Position numbers and translations under genes: made by a program. The notes beneath the pieces were generated by a model. That model did no database searches. It worked only from the letters and a program-made list of their open reading frames with translations, and was not told the DNA's origin. Positions 48,168 through 57,871 of a stretch of DNA of 64,000 nt are shown here, piece by piece. The DNA is taken from IMG/VR virus record IMGVR_UViG_3300021599_001487. The stretch is one strand, 5' to 3'. Positions within the stretch are counted from its first letter, which is position 1. Every line of letters begins with the position of its first letter. The DNA comes from an uncultured virus (IMG/VR IMGVR_UViG_3300021599_001487). Its lineage: Duplodnaviria; Heunggongvirae; Uroviricota; Caudoviricetes.

Positions 48168-48284
48168 CCCCTTTAGGGTCCTGTCCGGACAGGCCGGGGC
48201 GGGGCCCACACAAATCGCTAGCCCGGCAATTTTTGCCGTATTTTTTGCTGTACGTGTAGAAGTATAGAGAAATGCATGAAACCT

Positions 48285-48584
48285 AAATGAGAATCGTTCT
48301 CATTTGCCGCGGGTAGCGCAGGTTGCCGCAGGTACGAGCAAGGATCTTTTTCTCTATACCGAAATTTTGCGTCAGAGCTAAGTCATTGATTTTATTAGGG
48401 CCCAAATGAGAATTATTCTCATTTGCCGCAGGTAGCGCAGGTAGCGCAGGTCTATGTAGACTTGATTAGCTTTTTTAAAAAATAAAAAATAAAATATCTG
48501 TATGGACCTGGAATTGACCCGCGCTACCCGCGCTACCTGCGGCATTTGACACTCTGCCTTAAGAAACAGCGCTAAGTCATTGAT
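48285..48584. promoter_or_regulatory. Control region with Fur-box-like palindromes, IHF-like sites and iterons
   Basis: AAATGAGAATNRTTCTCATTT at 48285 and 48404; TAAGTCATTGATT at about 48379 and 48573; iterons at 48305-48544. Confidence 0.6.
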
Positions 48585-48634
48585 TGTTCGTGGAGGGGCC
48601 TTATTTTTGTGGAAGGTGCATAAGTGGTATAGAG

Positions 48635-48859
48635 ATGAAACGAAAAAACCCAGACACCGGCGACGTGTTCCACCGGGGCGATACGCGCCTGGATGGGTAC
48701 GTGTTCTTCGCCTACACCAAGAGGCGGAGATCGGACGGACACTTCGTCGAGATATGGCTGCACCCCCTGGCATCGGAGAGGGCCACCGTAAACGACCGGC
48801 AAAGAAAGCGGCAAAAGGCACATGGCGATACCGTCAGACACGCCACTACCGACGCCTAG
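48635..48859 (+). CDS. Hypothetical protein
   Basis: MKRKNPDTG..F.RGD.R.DGY.F..Y; follows the promoter motif at 48617. Confidence 0.6.
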   Translation: MKRKNPDTGDVFHRGDTRLDGYVFFAYTKRRRSDGHFVEIWLHPLASERATVNDRQRKRQKAHGDTVRHATTDA

Positions 48860-49796
48860 CGGGTGGGTGCTGGCCTCAGACCTTCGACCTGGAGACGTCC
48901 TGTTCAACCCCCGCGGCGGTACCCAGGCCGTTGGCTCTGTCCAGAGCTACATACCAACCGAGTGCTACCGGGTGCACATGTCGGACGGTACCAGCATCGT
49001 CGGCGACCGACACGCGGGCATGATGCTGCAGGACCAGCGGTGGCGCGAGAGGCAGCAGTCCTGGTTCAACAACCAGGGCAACAAGTTTGCACAGAAAAGA
49101 TTTCGCCGCCCGCTAAAGAGGCAGACCTTCCTGGATCTTTACAAGGGACCGCTTTTGGACGCGAGGGGCCGCAAGAACTGGTCCCTGCAGGCCGTGAGCC
49201 CCCTGCAGTACCCGCAGGTCGACCTGCCGGTGCCTCCATACGTCGTGGGCCTGTGGCTGGCGACGGTCACCCCAACCAACCGCCACTGGCTACTGAACCG
49301 AGACTACAACCAGATGCAGAGACGGGTGCGAGAGGTGGGGTTCAGCCTGGCAAGAAAGAAGAAGGGCAAGTGGATGTTCTCCTTTAGGCCCGGCGTAAGG
49401 GAGTCGTTTATACACTCCGGGGCCCCGGTGCCGGACGTGATACCGCAATCATACCTTGAGAGCGACGTAGACAGCCGACAGGCGCTGCTGGACGGGCTAT
49501 TTGACGCAAAAAGCATCAAAAAAGCGGAAAGCTCACGCGATGGTCTGGTGATACACGACAACTGGCGCTCAATACGGCGCAAGCAGCAGCTCCTGGAGGG
49601 CCTTGGGTACGTCACGAGGCTGCTACAGAACGGAAAGAACACCTTTTTCTCGCTCTACTTTACGAAAATGTATGACAATGTCGCTAAGTGCAGACGTTTT
49701 GTTACAAAAGTTGAAAAAATTGTCCCAAAACAGTGCGTACACATCGCCACAGACGGGGAGTTTGTCGCGGGAGAGGGATTTTTAGGTATATGCTGA
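48822..49796 (+). CDS. Free-standing intein-like (Hint + degenerate LAGLIDADG) protein
   Basis: AI..DTP.PTP.GW....DL..GD, CY.V..SDG..I, LPVPPY..GLWL, IP..YL and R..LL.GL.D; lacks the terminal His-Asn. Confidence 0.75.
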   Translation: MAIPSDTPLPTPSGWVLASDLRPGDVLFNPRGGTQAVGSVQSYIPTECYRVHMSDGTSIVGDRHAGMMLQDQRWRERQQSWFNNQGNKFAQKRFRRPLKRQTFLDLYKGPLLDARGRKNWSLQAVSPLQYPQVDLPVPPYVVGLWLATVTPTNRHWLLNRDYNQMQRRVREVGFSLARKKKGKWMFSFRPGVRESFIHSGAPVPDVIPQSYLESDVDSRQALLDGLFDAKSIKKAESSRDGLVIHDNWRSIRRKQQLLEGLGYVTRLLQNGKNTFFSLYFTKMYDNVAKCRRFVTKVEKIVPKQCVHIATDGEFVAGEGFLGIC

Positions 49797-51226
49797 CCAA
49801 AAAACAGGAAACGGTACTCGCAAACTTCGCAAAAAACAACAAGCACTGGCCAAAGGCGCAGCTAGAGGCCGCGCTGTGGCAGGTCAGGTGGGAGCTGGAG
49901 GCGTTGGCGCACCAACGAGAGCCAGAGGACGGCGAGTACGACACGTTTCTGATGCTGGCAGGGCGAGGGTCGGGCAAGACGCACACCGCGAGCCACTGGA
50001 TTGGGATACGGGCATGGAAATACGCCGGCACGAGGTGGCTCGTCACGGCACCGACGTCGAACGACATACGCGCGACGTGCTTTGAGGGTGACTCGGGCCT
50101 GATGAACATCATACCGTCTTCGCTGATACAGGACTACAACAAATCGCTCTTTGAGATCACGCTAACCAACGGCTCGATCATACAGGGCATACCCGGCTCA
50201 GAGCCAGAGCGCTACCGGGGCAAGCAGTACCACGGGGCCTGGTTCGACGAGCTGTGCGCGTTTGAGTACATCGACGACGCATACGACCAGGTACAGTTCA
50301 CGCTGCGACTGAGGCACCCAGACATCGCGCGGGTGCAGCAGATCATCACCACCACCCCAAAACCTAAAGAGCTCATCGTAGACCTCAACGATGGCAAGGT
50401 CGGCGGGGACGTGTACGTCGTAAACGCCAGCTCCTACGACAACCGACAAAACCTCTCGGCGACGTTTTTCAAGCAGCTCGAGACGTACGAGGGCACCGAC
50501 CTCGGCAAGCAGGAGATCTACGGCGAGATCCTGGACCCAGAAGATGCCGGTATCGTAAAACGGAAGTGGTTCAGGATGTGGCCCTCCAAGAAGGAGACGC
50601 CTACCCTGGAGTATGTCATCGCAAGCTACGACCCGGCCACGAGCGAGAAGACGCACAACGACCCAACGGCCTGCACGGTGTGGGGCGTCTTCGAGCAACA
50701 GGACGCGGGCACGTCGCTCATACTGCTAGACGCGTGGGACGGTCACCTGGCCTACCCAGAGCTGCGCAAAAAAGTAATCAACGACTTCAAGGAGGTGGTG
50801 TACGGGGCGGACAACACGTTTGCCAAGGGCAGGAAGGCCGACCTGATACTGATGGAGGACAAATCGGCCGGTATATCCCTGATACAAGAGCTTCAGATGG
50901 CCGGCGTCCCGGTCCGGGCCTACAACCCAGGCCGCGCGGACAAGGTACAGCGCGTCAACATCGTGGCGCCCCTGATCGCCAAGGGCAAGGTGTTTGTGCC
51001 GGAGGATGCCAAGAAGGACGGGGAGTACGCCGAGTGGACCAAGAGATTTATGCGCCAGGTCTGTGCCTTCCCGGAATCTGGCGGCCACGACGACTACGTC
51101 GACAGCCTGTCGCAGGCGCTGCGCGTACTGCGAGACTCTGGGTGGGTACAGCTAGACCCCCTGCCGCCGCGGGACTACTCCTACGCCGACGACAAAAAGA
51201 CCCGAGCCAACCCATACGCGCAGTGA
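49790..51226 (+). CDS. terL: Terminase large subunit
   Basis: AGRGSGKT Walker A, WFDE Walker B, TTTP, nuclease DPA and HDD.VD. Confidence 0.93.
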   Translation: MLTKKQETVLANFAKNNKHWPKAQLEAALWQVRWELEALAHQREPEDGEYDTFLMLAGRGSGKTHTASHWIGIRAWKYAGTRWLVTAPTSNDIRATCFEGDSGLMNIIPSSLIQDYNKSLFEITLTNGSIIQGIPGSEPERYRGKQYHGAWFDELCAFEYIDDAYDQVQFTLRLRHPDIARVQQIITTTPKPKELIVDLNDGKVGGDVYVVNASSYDNRQNLSATFFKQLETYEGTDLGKQEIYGEILDPEDAGIVKRKWFRMWPSKKETPTLEYVIASYDPATSEKTHNDPTACTVWGVFEQQDAGTSLILLDAWDGHLAYPELRKKVINDFKEVVYGADNTFAKGRKADLILMEDKSAGISLIQELQMAGVPVRAYNPGRADKVQRVNIVAPLIAKGKVFVPEDAKKDGEYAEWTKRFMRQVCAFPESGGHDDYVDSLSQALRVLRDSGWVQLDPLPPRDYSYADDKKTRANPYAQ

Positions 51227-51282
51227 GGCACTTTCCTTTGCTTTTTGTGCATAAGTTGGGTTAGGGAGATAACCACACAAAC

Positions 51283-52632
51283 ATGAACCCAATCAAGTCA
51301 CCGCGAGAGATGCTGTTCGAGATGGCGGGCATTCCATCCTTTTCCAAGGGCAAGGCCGTGGGAGAGTTTGGCGCAGACATGTACAAGCTCATCACCGGCG
51401 CCATCGAGAAGTACACCAAAAAGTTTGGGCGCCCTCCCAGCCCGGAGGACGTAGCCGCGCTTAAGGAGCACGCCAGGAGCATCTCGGCAAAGAGCGAGAT
51501 CAAGACAGACCCCGTGACGCAGGCACGCGCACGCCACCAGCTCGCGACCGACCCAGGCCTTATCAACCCAGAGGGCCCGGACCCGTTCCTATCAAAGGCA
51601 ATGACCGGCCGCACCGTCAAGGGCACCTACATCAAACCAAAACCGCAGGACATCAACGACCCGAACGTACAGGCCAACATCGAGAAGAAGCAAGTATCTG
51701 GCGAGCTCGAGGAGGTCATGCCCGAGTCAATCACGCCAAGCGCGGACTACATGGCACGCACAAGCTCGGCGATGGAGAACCAGGCACTCGCCGCGGGCAA
51801 GACACCGCTGATTGACATGCTAAAGGCCGCGTTCTTTAAAAAGAACAACCGCTACCCCACCGACGAGGAGCTTGAGGTAATCATCGCCGAGTACAACCCG
51901 CTGCGCCACCAGTACGGCGAGAGGGGCGCCTCGATCGTGACAGACAGGCCACCATCATCTCGCGGGATGCAGGACTGGAGGCAGCGGGCAAGGTCGGAGG
52001 GGATACCCGAGGCATTTCTCAACAAGCCGCCCGCGGACTACCCCAAGTATTTGCAGGACGAGCTGGCCATCGGCCGCGGCGAGCAGCCCGGCATGCGGCC
52101 CATGCCCACGACTCGCATCAACCCCGACAGGTCATACGCAGACGGAAGATCCGTGCCGGCCATGAGCCCAAGCGAGATGCGGGCCATGATGACTGCCTAC
52201 GGCAAGACGCCCAGCAAGTTTATGCCGGAGACGCGACTAGAAAAAATTGCTCGCGGCGCAAGTTTGCCGTTTGCGGCAATGTCGGCACAGATGGCCGGAC
52301 AAAAACTTGCCGAGGGCAACCCATACGAGGCCGCACTGCTCGGCACGTCTGCGCTTGGCAGCGGCATGGCGTCGACTCGCAAGTACATGAAGCCGGGCCT
52401 TGGGATTGCAGGCGGTGCCGCGGTGCCTCTCTCAATTGAGGACGCAATGCGACGCTACAACAAGGGCGACAGAACTGGCGCCGTAATATCTGCCATTGAG
52501 GCCGCCGGCAACGCGGCCGCGATGTTCCCGCCCACCGCGGTCCCTGGGTCCCTGGTAAGCATGGGCGCGGGTATTGCCAACGCCATACGAGGCGAACCAG
52601 AAACTATGTCCGTAATGGAAGATTACAAATAA
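51283..52632 (+). CDS. Hypothetical virion-associated protein
   Basis: 449 aa between terL and portal; Gly/Ala-rich hydrophobic C-terminus. Confidence 0.6.
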   Translation: MNPIKSPREMLFEMAGIPSFSKGKAVGEFGADMYKLITGAIEKYTKKFGRPPSPEDVAALKEHARSISAKSEIKTDPVTQARARHQLATDPGLINPEGPDPFLSKAMTGRTVKGTYIKPKPQDINDPNVQANIEKKQVSGELEEVMPESITPSADYMARTSSAMENQALAAGKTPLIDMLKAAFFKKNNRYPTDEELEVIIAEYNPLRHQYGERGASIVTDRPPSSRGMQDWRQRARSEGIPEAFLNKPPADYPKYLQDELAIGRGEQPGMRPMPTTRINPDRSYADGRSVPAMSPSEMRAMMTAYGKTPSKFMPETRLEKIARGASLPFAAMSAQMAGQKLAEGNPYEAALLGTSALGSGMASTRKYMKPGLGIAGGAAVPLSIEDAMRRYNKGDRTGAVISAIEAAGNAAAMFPPTAVPGSLVSMGAGIANAIRGEPETMSVMEDYK

Positions 52633-55325
52633 TGCCACCACAGCTTCCCAAGATGCCAATCCAGCAGGGCGCAAACCTTGCATCGCTAGACCTCGAGTCA
52701 AACGAGACCTTCGAGGAGAAGGAGGAGGTCATCGAGCTAGACGATGGCTCGGTCGTCATCAACTACAGACCCAAAGAGGGCCCGCTCAAGAACCCAGAGT
52801 TTTACGAGAACCTGGCCGAGAGCTTAGACGAGGGCGTGCTGTCTAATTTATCGACGGAATACTCAGAGTACATCGAGGTCGACCGCGAGGCGAGAAAAGA
52901 AAGAGACAAGCAGTATGAAGAAGGACTACGAAGGACAGGACTTGGAAAGGACGCGCCAGGTGGCGCAACTTTTGACGGAGCTTCCAAGGTTGTTCACCCT
53001 GTCATGGCAGAGGCTTGCGTCGACTTTGCGGCGTCTAGCTCGCGCGAGCTTTTGCCGCCAGAGGGGATTGTAAAATCTGAGATCAAGGGCGAGGCGGACC
53101 GTCAACGTGTTGAAACAGCAGACAGAAAGGCAAACTTCCTTAACTGGCAGCTCACCGAGCAAATCGAGGAGTACCGAGATGAGATGGAGCAGACCCTCAC
53201 CCAGCTGCCTCTTGGTGGGTCGCAATACTTTAAGTGGCGCTGGGACAGCGAACAGAAACGGCCCTGCTGCGAGTGGATCCCCATCGACAACATCTTCCTC
53301 CCCTACGCAACGACAAATTTCTATACTTCTCCGCGAGTAACCGAGCAGCAGGACATCACGGAGGACACCTTCCTGCAGCGCGTAGACCAGGGCATCTACC
53401 GCGACATTGGCCAGATTGTAAGCTCAGAGATCGAGCTGGACAAGCAGACACAGTCCGAAAAAGCCAACGACAAGATCGAGGGCAAGCAGATCCCGACCAA
53501 GAACATCGACGGCGTACGGCGCGTGTACGAGATCACGTGCTTCTTGCGCCTCAAGGACGACCCGTACACAGACGGCGCACGGGCGCCATACATCTTAACG
53601 ATTGATGAGAGCACGGACAAGGTCCTCTCGCTGTACCGTAACTGGGAGTCTGGCGATGAGAAGCTTACGAAGCTGGATTGGATCGTGGAGTACAAGTTTA
53701 TCCCGTGGCGTGGCGCTTACGCTATCGGCCTACCTCATCTTATTGGTGGTCTATCTGCTGCCCTCACTGGCTCGCTTCGCGCGCTTTTGGACGCGGCTCA
53801 CATCAACAACAGCCAGACCATGCTCAAGCTCAAGGGAGGAAGAATCTCCGGACAGAGCGACAGGATTGAACCGACGCAGGTTCTAGAGATCGAAGGTGCC
53901 CCCGGCGTGGACGACGTCCGCAAGTTGGCTATGCCGTTGCCGTTTAACCCCCCATCTAGCGTATTGTACAACCTCCTTGGTTGGCTGACCGATGCCGCAA
54001 AGGGTGTGGTCACGACGGCCGAGGAGAAGATTGGCGACGCAAACGCTAACACACCGGTGGGCACCACCCAGGCACTCATCGAGCAGGGCGCGAAGGTATT
54101 CTCCAGCATCCACGCACGGCTGCACCGATCCCAGGCCAAGTCGTTAAAGATCCTCTCCAGGATCAACCACTGGTACCTGGAGGAGATGGACAACGAGTCT
54201 GGCACCGAGATCGAGGTCCGTGACTTTGCGTCCAACAACGACATCCGTCCGGTATCGGACCCCAACATTTTCTCTGAGACGCAGCGTCTTGCGCAGGCAC
54301 AGGCAGTTCTGCAGATGGCAAACGCCGCGCCTCAGTTGTACGACCTTCGGGCTGCGCACCGGAGGGTTCTGAAGCAGCTGAAAGTTCCTGCAATTAGTGA
54401 GATATTGCCAGATCCGGATGGTATCAAGGAGGCAAATCCTGCCCTGGAGAACGTAGCAATGTCCATGGGCCGCCCCGCGGCTGCCTACCCGGACCAGGAC
54501 CACTTGGCGCACATCAAGGTTCACCTGACGTATGCACAGGACCCCAACTACGGTGGCAGCCCACTCATTGGGCCCACGTTCGCACCGCACGCGCTTGAGC
54601 ACATCAAGCAGCACCTGACGCTGCACTACCTGCAGTCGATGCGTGCATACGTAGCGGAGGCAACTGGGGGCCAGGACACGCTGGGGCTGCACGAGGAGAA
54701 GCCTCTCAAGCTGGAGGACCAGCAGGCGCTGTCTCTCGCGGCCGAGATGGTCTCGATGGACGCACAGGCCACGTTCCAGTCCGCGCAGCCACAGATCCAG
54801 CAGCTGGCTCAAAAGGTCCAGGAGGCACAAAAGGCCAAGCTGGAGCAGATGGCGGCCAACGACCCAACGGCCCAGGCACTGCTCAAGACACAGATGGCCG
54901 AGACCCAGCGCAAGTCGCAGGAGTCGCAGGCACGCCTGCAGCAGGAGATGGCCAAGCACCAGCAAGACTACCAGCTCAAGGTGGCCGAGCTGGAGCAGAA
55001 GGTGCAGGAGCTCATCGCCAAGTACCAGACACAGAGCCAGATCGACAGCCAGAAAAACGCTACCAACATCGCCACGGCAAACATCAACAACGCATCGCGC
55101 GAGCGCGTCGCGGCCATGCAGGCAGGCGCACAGATGGACGCGCTGCAGGCACAGCTGGCGCAGGAGCAGGCCATGTCGGCCATCGAGGCCATCAACACCG
55201 CCGACGAGGACATCCGGCAGCACGGGATCGCCATCGAGCAGGCGGCGTTTAACCAGCAGGCGCAGGCGGTGCAGCAGGCCATCGACGCGCAGCAACCACC
55301 ACAACCACCACAAGGAGCAGTTTAA
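52632..55325 (+). CDS. Portal protein
   Basis: 897 aa after terL; F.GAS.VVHP...EA, PVGTT.ALIEQG..VFS.IH.RLH and a long Gln-rich coiled tail. Confidence 0.85.
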   Translation: MPPQLPKMPIQQGANLASLDLESNETFEEKEEVIELDDGSVVINYRPKEGPLKNPEFYENLAESLDEGVLSNLSTEYSEYIEVDREARKERDKQYEEGLRRTGLGKDAPGGATFDGASKVVHPVMAEACVDFAASSSRELLPPEGIVKSEIKGEADRQRVETADRKANFLNWQLTEQIEEYRDEMEQTLTQLPLGGSQYFKWRWDSEQKRPCCEWIPIDNIFLPYATTNFYTSPRVTEQQDITEDTFLQRVDQGIYRDIGQIVSSEIELDKQTQSEKANDKIEGKQIPTKNIDGVRRVYEITCFLRLKDDPYTDGARAPYILTIDESTDKVLSLYRNWESGDEKLTKLDWIVEYKFIPWRGAYAIGLPHLIGGLSAALTGSLRALLDAAHINNSQTMLKLKGGRISGQSDRIEPTQVLEIEGAPGVDDVRKLAMPLPFNPPSSVLYNLLGWLTDAAKGVVTTAEEKIGDANANTPVGTTQALIEQGAKVFSSIHARLHRSQAKSLKILSRINHWYLEEMDNESGTEIEVRDFASNNDIRPVSDPNIFSETQRLAQAQAVLQMANAAPQLYDLRAAHRRVLKQLKVPAISEILPDPDGIKEANPALENVAMSMGRPAAAYPDQDHLAHIKVHLTYAQDPNYGGSPLIGPTFAPHALEHIKQHLTLHYLQSMRAYVAEATGGQDTLGLHEEKPLKLEDQQALSLAAEMVSMDAQATFQSAQPQIQQLAQKVQEAQKAKLEQMAANDPTAQALLKTQMAETQRKSQESQARLQQEMAKHQQDYQLKVAELEQKVQELIAKYQTQSQIDSQKNATNIATANINNASRERVAAMQAGAQMDALQAQLAQEQAMSAIEAINTADEDIRQHGIAIEQAAFNQQAQAVQQAIDAQQPPQPPQGAV

Positions 55326-55546
55326 TGGCAAGCGACAACCAACTCAAAGGCTTTCGCCAGACCTACCAGGAGACTGGCAAGCCGGGATACGGCGGCGGCA
55401 ACGGCGTCACCGACATCGACCCGGGCCCGTCCGGCTCACACCGCGACAACAACTGGAAGAAGGGCGCGGCCCAGGCCAAGATGAAGAACGCCGGCAAGGT
55501 AGGCCCCTACAGCAACGTCAAGGACCAGTTTGGGCCGAAGTATTAA
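55325..55546 (+). CDS. Hypothetical small protein
   Basis: TAATG coupling and RBS AGGAG. Confidence 0.6.
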   Translation: MASDNQLKGFRQTYQETGKPGYGGGNGVTDIDPGPSGSHRDNNWKKGAAQAKMKNAGKVGPYSNVKDQFGPKY

Positions 55547-55600
55547 AGCAATACTTAAGGTGTAGGGCGTAAATTAAAAAAGTCTTGCATAGGTTGTTAC

Positions 55601-55792
55601 ATGCGAGACTTTACGTCTGAAATAATGCGTCGCGTAGGCGACGAGATACGGCTAGTAGACTCATCCCTTACCACTGGCAAGGGCATCACCAGCCTCGAGC
55701 ACTACAAAAAGCTGCTGGGGGAGCGTGAGGGTCTGCAGAAGTGCCTAAACATCATAGACGAGATTTTGACAGAGAACGACCAGGCTGAATAG
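55601..55792 (+). CDS. Hypothetical small protein
   Basis: Helical 63 aa protein directly before the GroES-like gene. Confidence 0.6.
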   Translation: MRDFTSEIMRRVGDEIRLVDSSLTTGKGITSLEHYKKLLGEREGLQKCLNIIDEILTENDQAE

Positions 55793-55812
55793 CCTACAGA
55801 AAGGAGTGCCGG

Positions 55813-56253
55813 ATGGCATTTGATGTAATGCAAAAGGAGGAGCCCGACCTCCGAACGGAAGAGGAGTGTTTTCCGCAGATCGACCCGGGCATTGACGTAG
55901 TAGGCGACCGTGTACTGGTCCAGCTGCGTCGGGAGAAGGCAAAGAGCAAGGGCGGCATTATCCTGGTCGACGAGACCCGGGCAACTCTCAGGTTTAACGA
56001 GACCGTTGCCAAGGTCATACAGATCGGGCAGCTTGCGTATAAAAGCCCAGACTCACTGGAGCCGTGGCCCGAGGGCCCCTGGTGCAAGGTGGGCGACCTG
56101 GTAAGGACGATCAAGTACGGCGGAGACCGTTTTGTTGTCCAGCCCGGGGATGACGGATCGCCGGTGGTGTTTATCACCATCCAGGCCCGTGAAATTATAT
56201 CCGTCATCAGAAGCTTCGAGCACGCCCAGCGCATGCGCGCCTTCGTAGATTAA
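55813..56253 (+). CDS. GroES-like co-chaperonin
   Basis: GDRVLV.....K.KGGIIL, KV..IG..AY and WCKVGD.V...KYGG. Confidence 0.85.
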   Translation: MAFDVMQKEEPDLRTEEECFPQIDPGIDVVGDRVLVQLRREKAKSKGGIILVDETRATLRFNETVAKVIQIGQLAYKSPDSLEPWPEGPWCKVGDLVRTIKYGGDRFVVQPGDDGSPVVFITIQAREIISVIRSFEHAQRMRAFVD

Positions 56254-56273
56254 AACTTTGTAGAAAGTGAAAA

Positions 56274-57290
56274 ATGGCAGAGAAAGAAGAAAAACTTCTC
56301 CCAATCCGGGAGCAAGACGATGGCACGGTCCTGGTCGCCGTGGACGAGGAGAAAGATCCCTTTGAAGACCAGAAAAAAGATGAGGCTTCGGCCGAAGAAG
56401 GAGCTGACGGTGACGGTCCTGCTGATGGTGGAGACGGTAATACCGAACCAGCGATGGGTCCTGACGGCGACGCCGGGGACGAAGATGGCGAAACTGACGA
56501 AGACCGCGAAAAAATTCGTGAAGCTCGCCGCGAAGAGCGCAAACTTAAAAAAGAGCTCTCTAAGCAGCGAGAAATTTCCGCGAAGCATAAAATCAGCTCC
56601 CTTGAAAGACGCAATGAAGAGCTGGCTAGGAGACTCGCGGCTGTAGAATCCGCCGCGGCATCGTTCCAATTTGCTCAGGTAGACAAGGCGATTGAGGACG
56701 AGGCGACTCGCGTAGAGTACGCCAAGATGAAGCTGCTGCAGGCGTCGCAGGCTGGCAACGCCGAGGAGCAAGTTGAGTACCTCGAGCAGCTGCAGGAGGC
56801 AAAGCTACGGCTTGGCCAGATGCAGGCCTACAAGAAGCAGCAGGTAGAGCAGATCCGCAGGCCCAAGCAAAACGTGCCAAACGAGGTATCTCGCGCGGTG
56901 CAGGAAAATGCGGAGAGCTGGCTCTCCAAGAATAAATGGTATGACCCGCAGGCTCGCGACACAGACAGTCGGATTGCGAAGGTCATAGACAATGAAATGG
57001 CGTCAGAGGGCTGGGACCCGTCGGACCCGGAGTATTGGGACGAATTGGACAACCGTCTGTCGGCACGTTTGCCACATCGTTACGCGGCAAAGACTGGTGG
57101 TACAGTGAAGAGGGCCAACCCAACGGCATCTTCCAGGACGGCAAACCCGTCATCGACACCGGCAAACACGATCAGGCTATCGCCGGAGCGTGTGAAGGCA
57201 ATCAAGGATGCAGGGGCCTGGGACGACCTGGCGGCACGCAACCGAATGATCAAGGCCTACGTAGCGTACGATAAACAGAACAGGACATAA
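56274..57290 (+). CDS. Putative capsid scaffolding protein
   Basis: Acidic N-terminus, long coiled coil and W...N.WY; upstream of the capsid genes. Confidence 0.65.
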   Translation: MAEKEEKLLPIREQDDGTVLVAVDEEKDPFEDQKKDEASAEEGADGDGPADGGDGNTEPAMGPDGDAGDEDGETDEDREKIREARREERKLKKELSKQREISAKHKISSLERRNEELARRLAAVESAAASFQFAQVDKAIEDEATRVEYAKMKLLQASQAGNAEEQVEYLEQLQEAKLRLGQMQAYKKQQVEQIRRPKQNVPNEVSRAVQENAESWLSKNKWYDPQARDTDSRIAKVIDNEMASEGWDPSDPEYWDELDNRLSARLPHRYAAKTGGTVKRANPTASSRTANPSSTPANTIRLSPERVKAIKDAGAWDDLAARNRMIKAYVAYDKQNRT

Positions 57291-57292
57291 TC

Positions 57293-57844
57293 ATGGCAAA
57301 CGCAAGAATTAAACGCGACTTAGACGACCGCTTAGAGGAGAGAGTCGCAGAGGTAAAACAGCGGAGCACCGCTAACGAGGAAGATGTCAAGCGCCGGGAA
57401 CGTATAGATGCGTTCCGTGATAAGTGGCAGAATAGCGCACTGCCCACGATACCTAAGGACTCAATCCCTGGGTTTCACTTGTGCTGGTTGAGCACCACAA
57501 ACCAGTACGACAGTATCGACAAACGTTTAGCACTAGGCTATGAGCCCGTGAAAGCCAGCGAGTTAGGTAAAGGCTTTGAATCACTTGGCAAGATGAGTTC
57601 AGGCAAGTTTGAAGGCTGTGTTAGTTGTAACGAGATGGTACTCTTTAAGTTACCAGAAGAAATCTACCAGGAAGTAATGCGAATGCTGCACCTTGAGGAC
57701 CCCCTCGAGCACCAGCGGAACATTACGGCCTCCGTCCGTAGCAACTCGCAAGAGGGCAAGGGCGGGCGTTCAATCCTGGAGGGTGGAATTTTGGAAATGG
57801 AGAAAGAGGCCGCCAAGGCGAACAAGCACGTTCGCTTTGAATAA
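57293..57844 (+). CDS. Hypothetical head-region protein
   Basis: P....PGFH..W and GYEPV motifs. Confidence 0.6.
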   Translation: MANARIKRDLDDRLEERVAEVKQRSTANEEDVKRRERIDAFRDKWQNSALPTIPKDSIPGFHLCWLSTTNQYDSIDKRLALGYEPVKASELGKGFESLGKMSSGKFEGCVSCNEMVLFKLPEEIYQEVMRMLHLEDPLEHQRNITASVRSNSQEGKGGRSILEGGILEMEKEAAKANKHVRFE

Positions 57845-57871
57845 CATTCTTCAACAAACAAAGGAAATTAA

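Noticed and set aside
47738..48267. ORFs predicted across the operator-repeat region
   Set aside because: No RBS and translations merely reflect the repeats; better explained as non-coding control DNA.
54144..55331. 395-aa antisense ORF (likewise 58531..59439, 61704..62411, 27435..28259)
   Set aside because: Shadow frames of strongly codon-biased genes (portal, capsid, collagen fibre, nrdJ) with no recognisable motifs.
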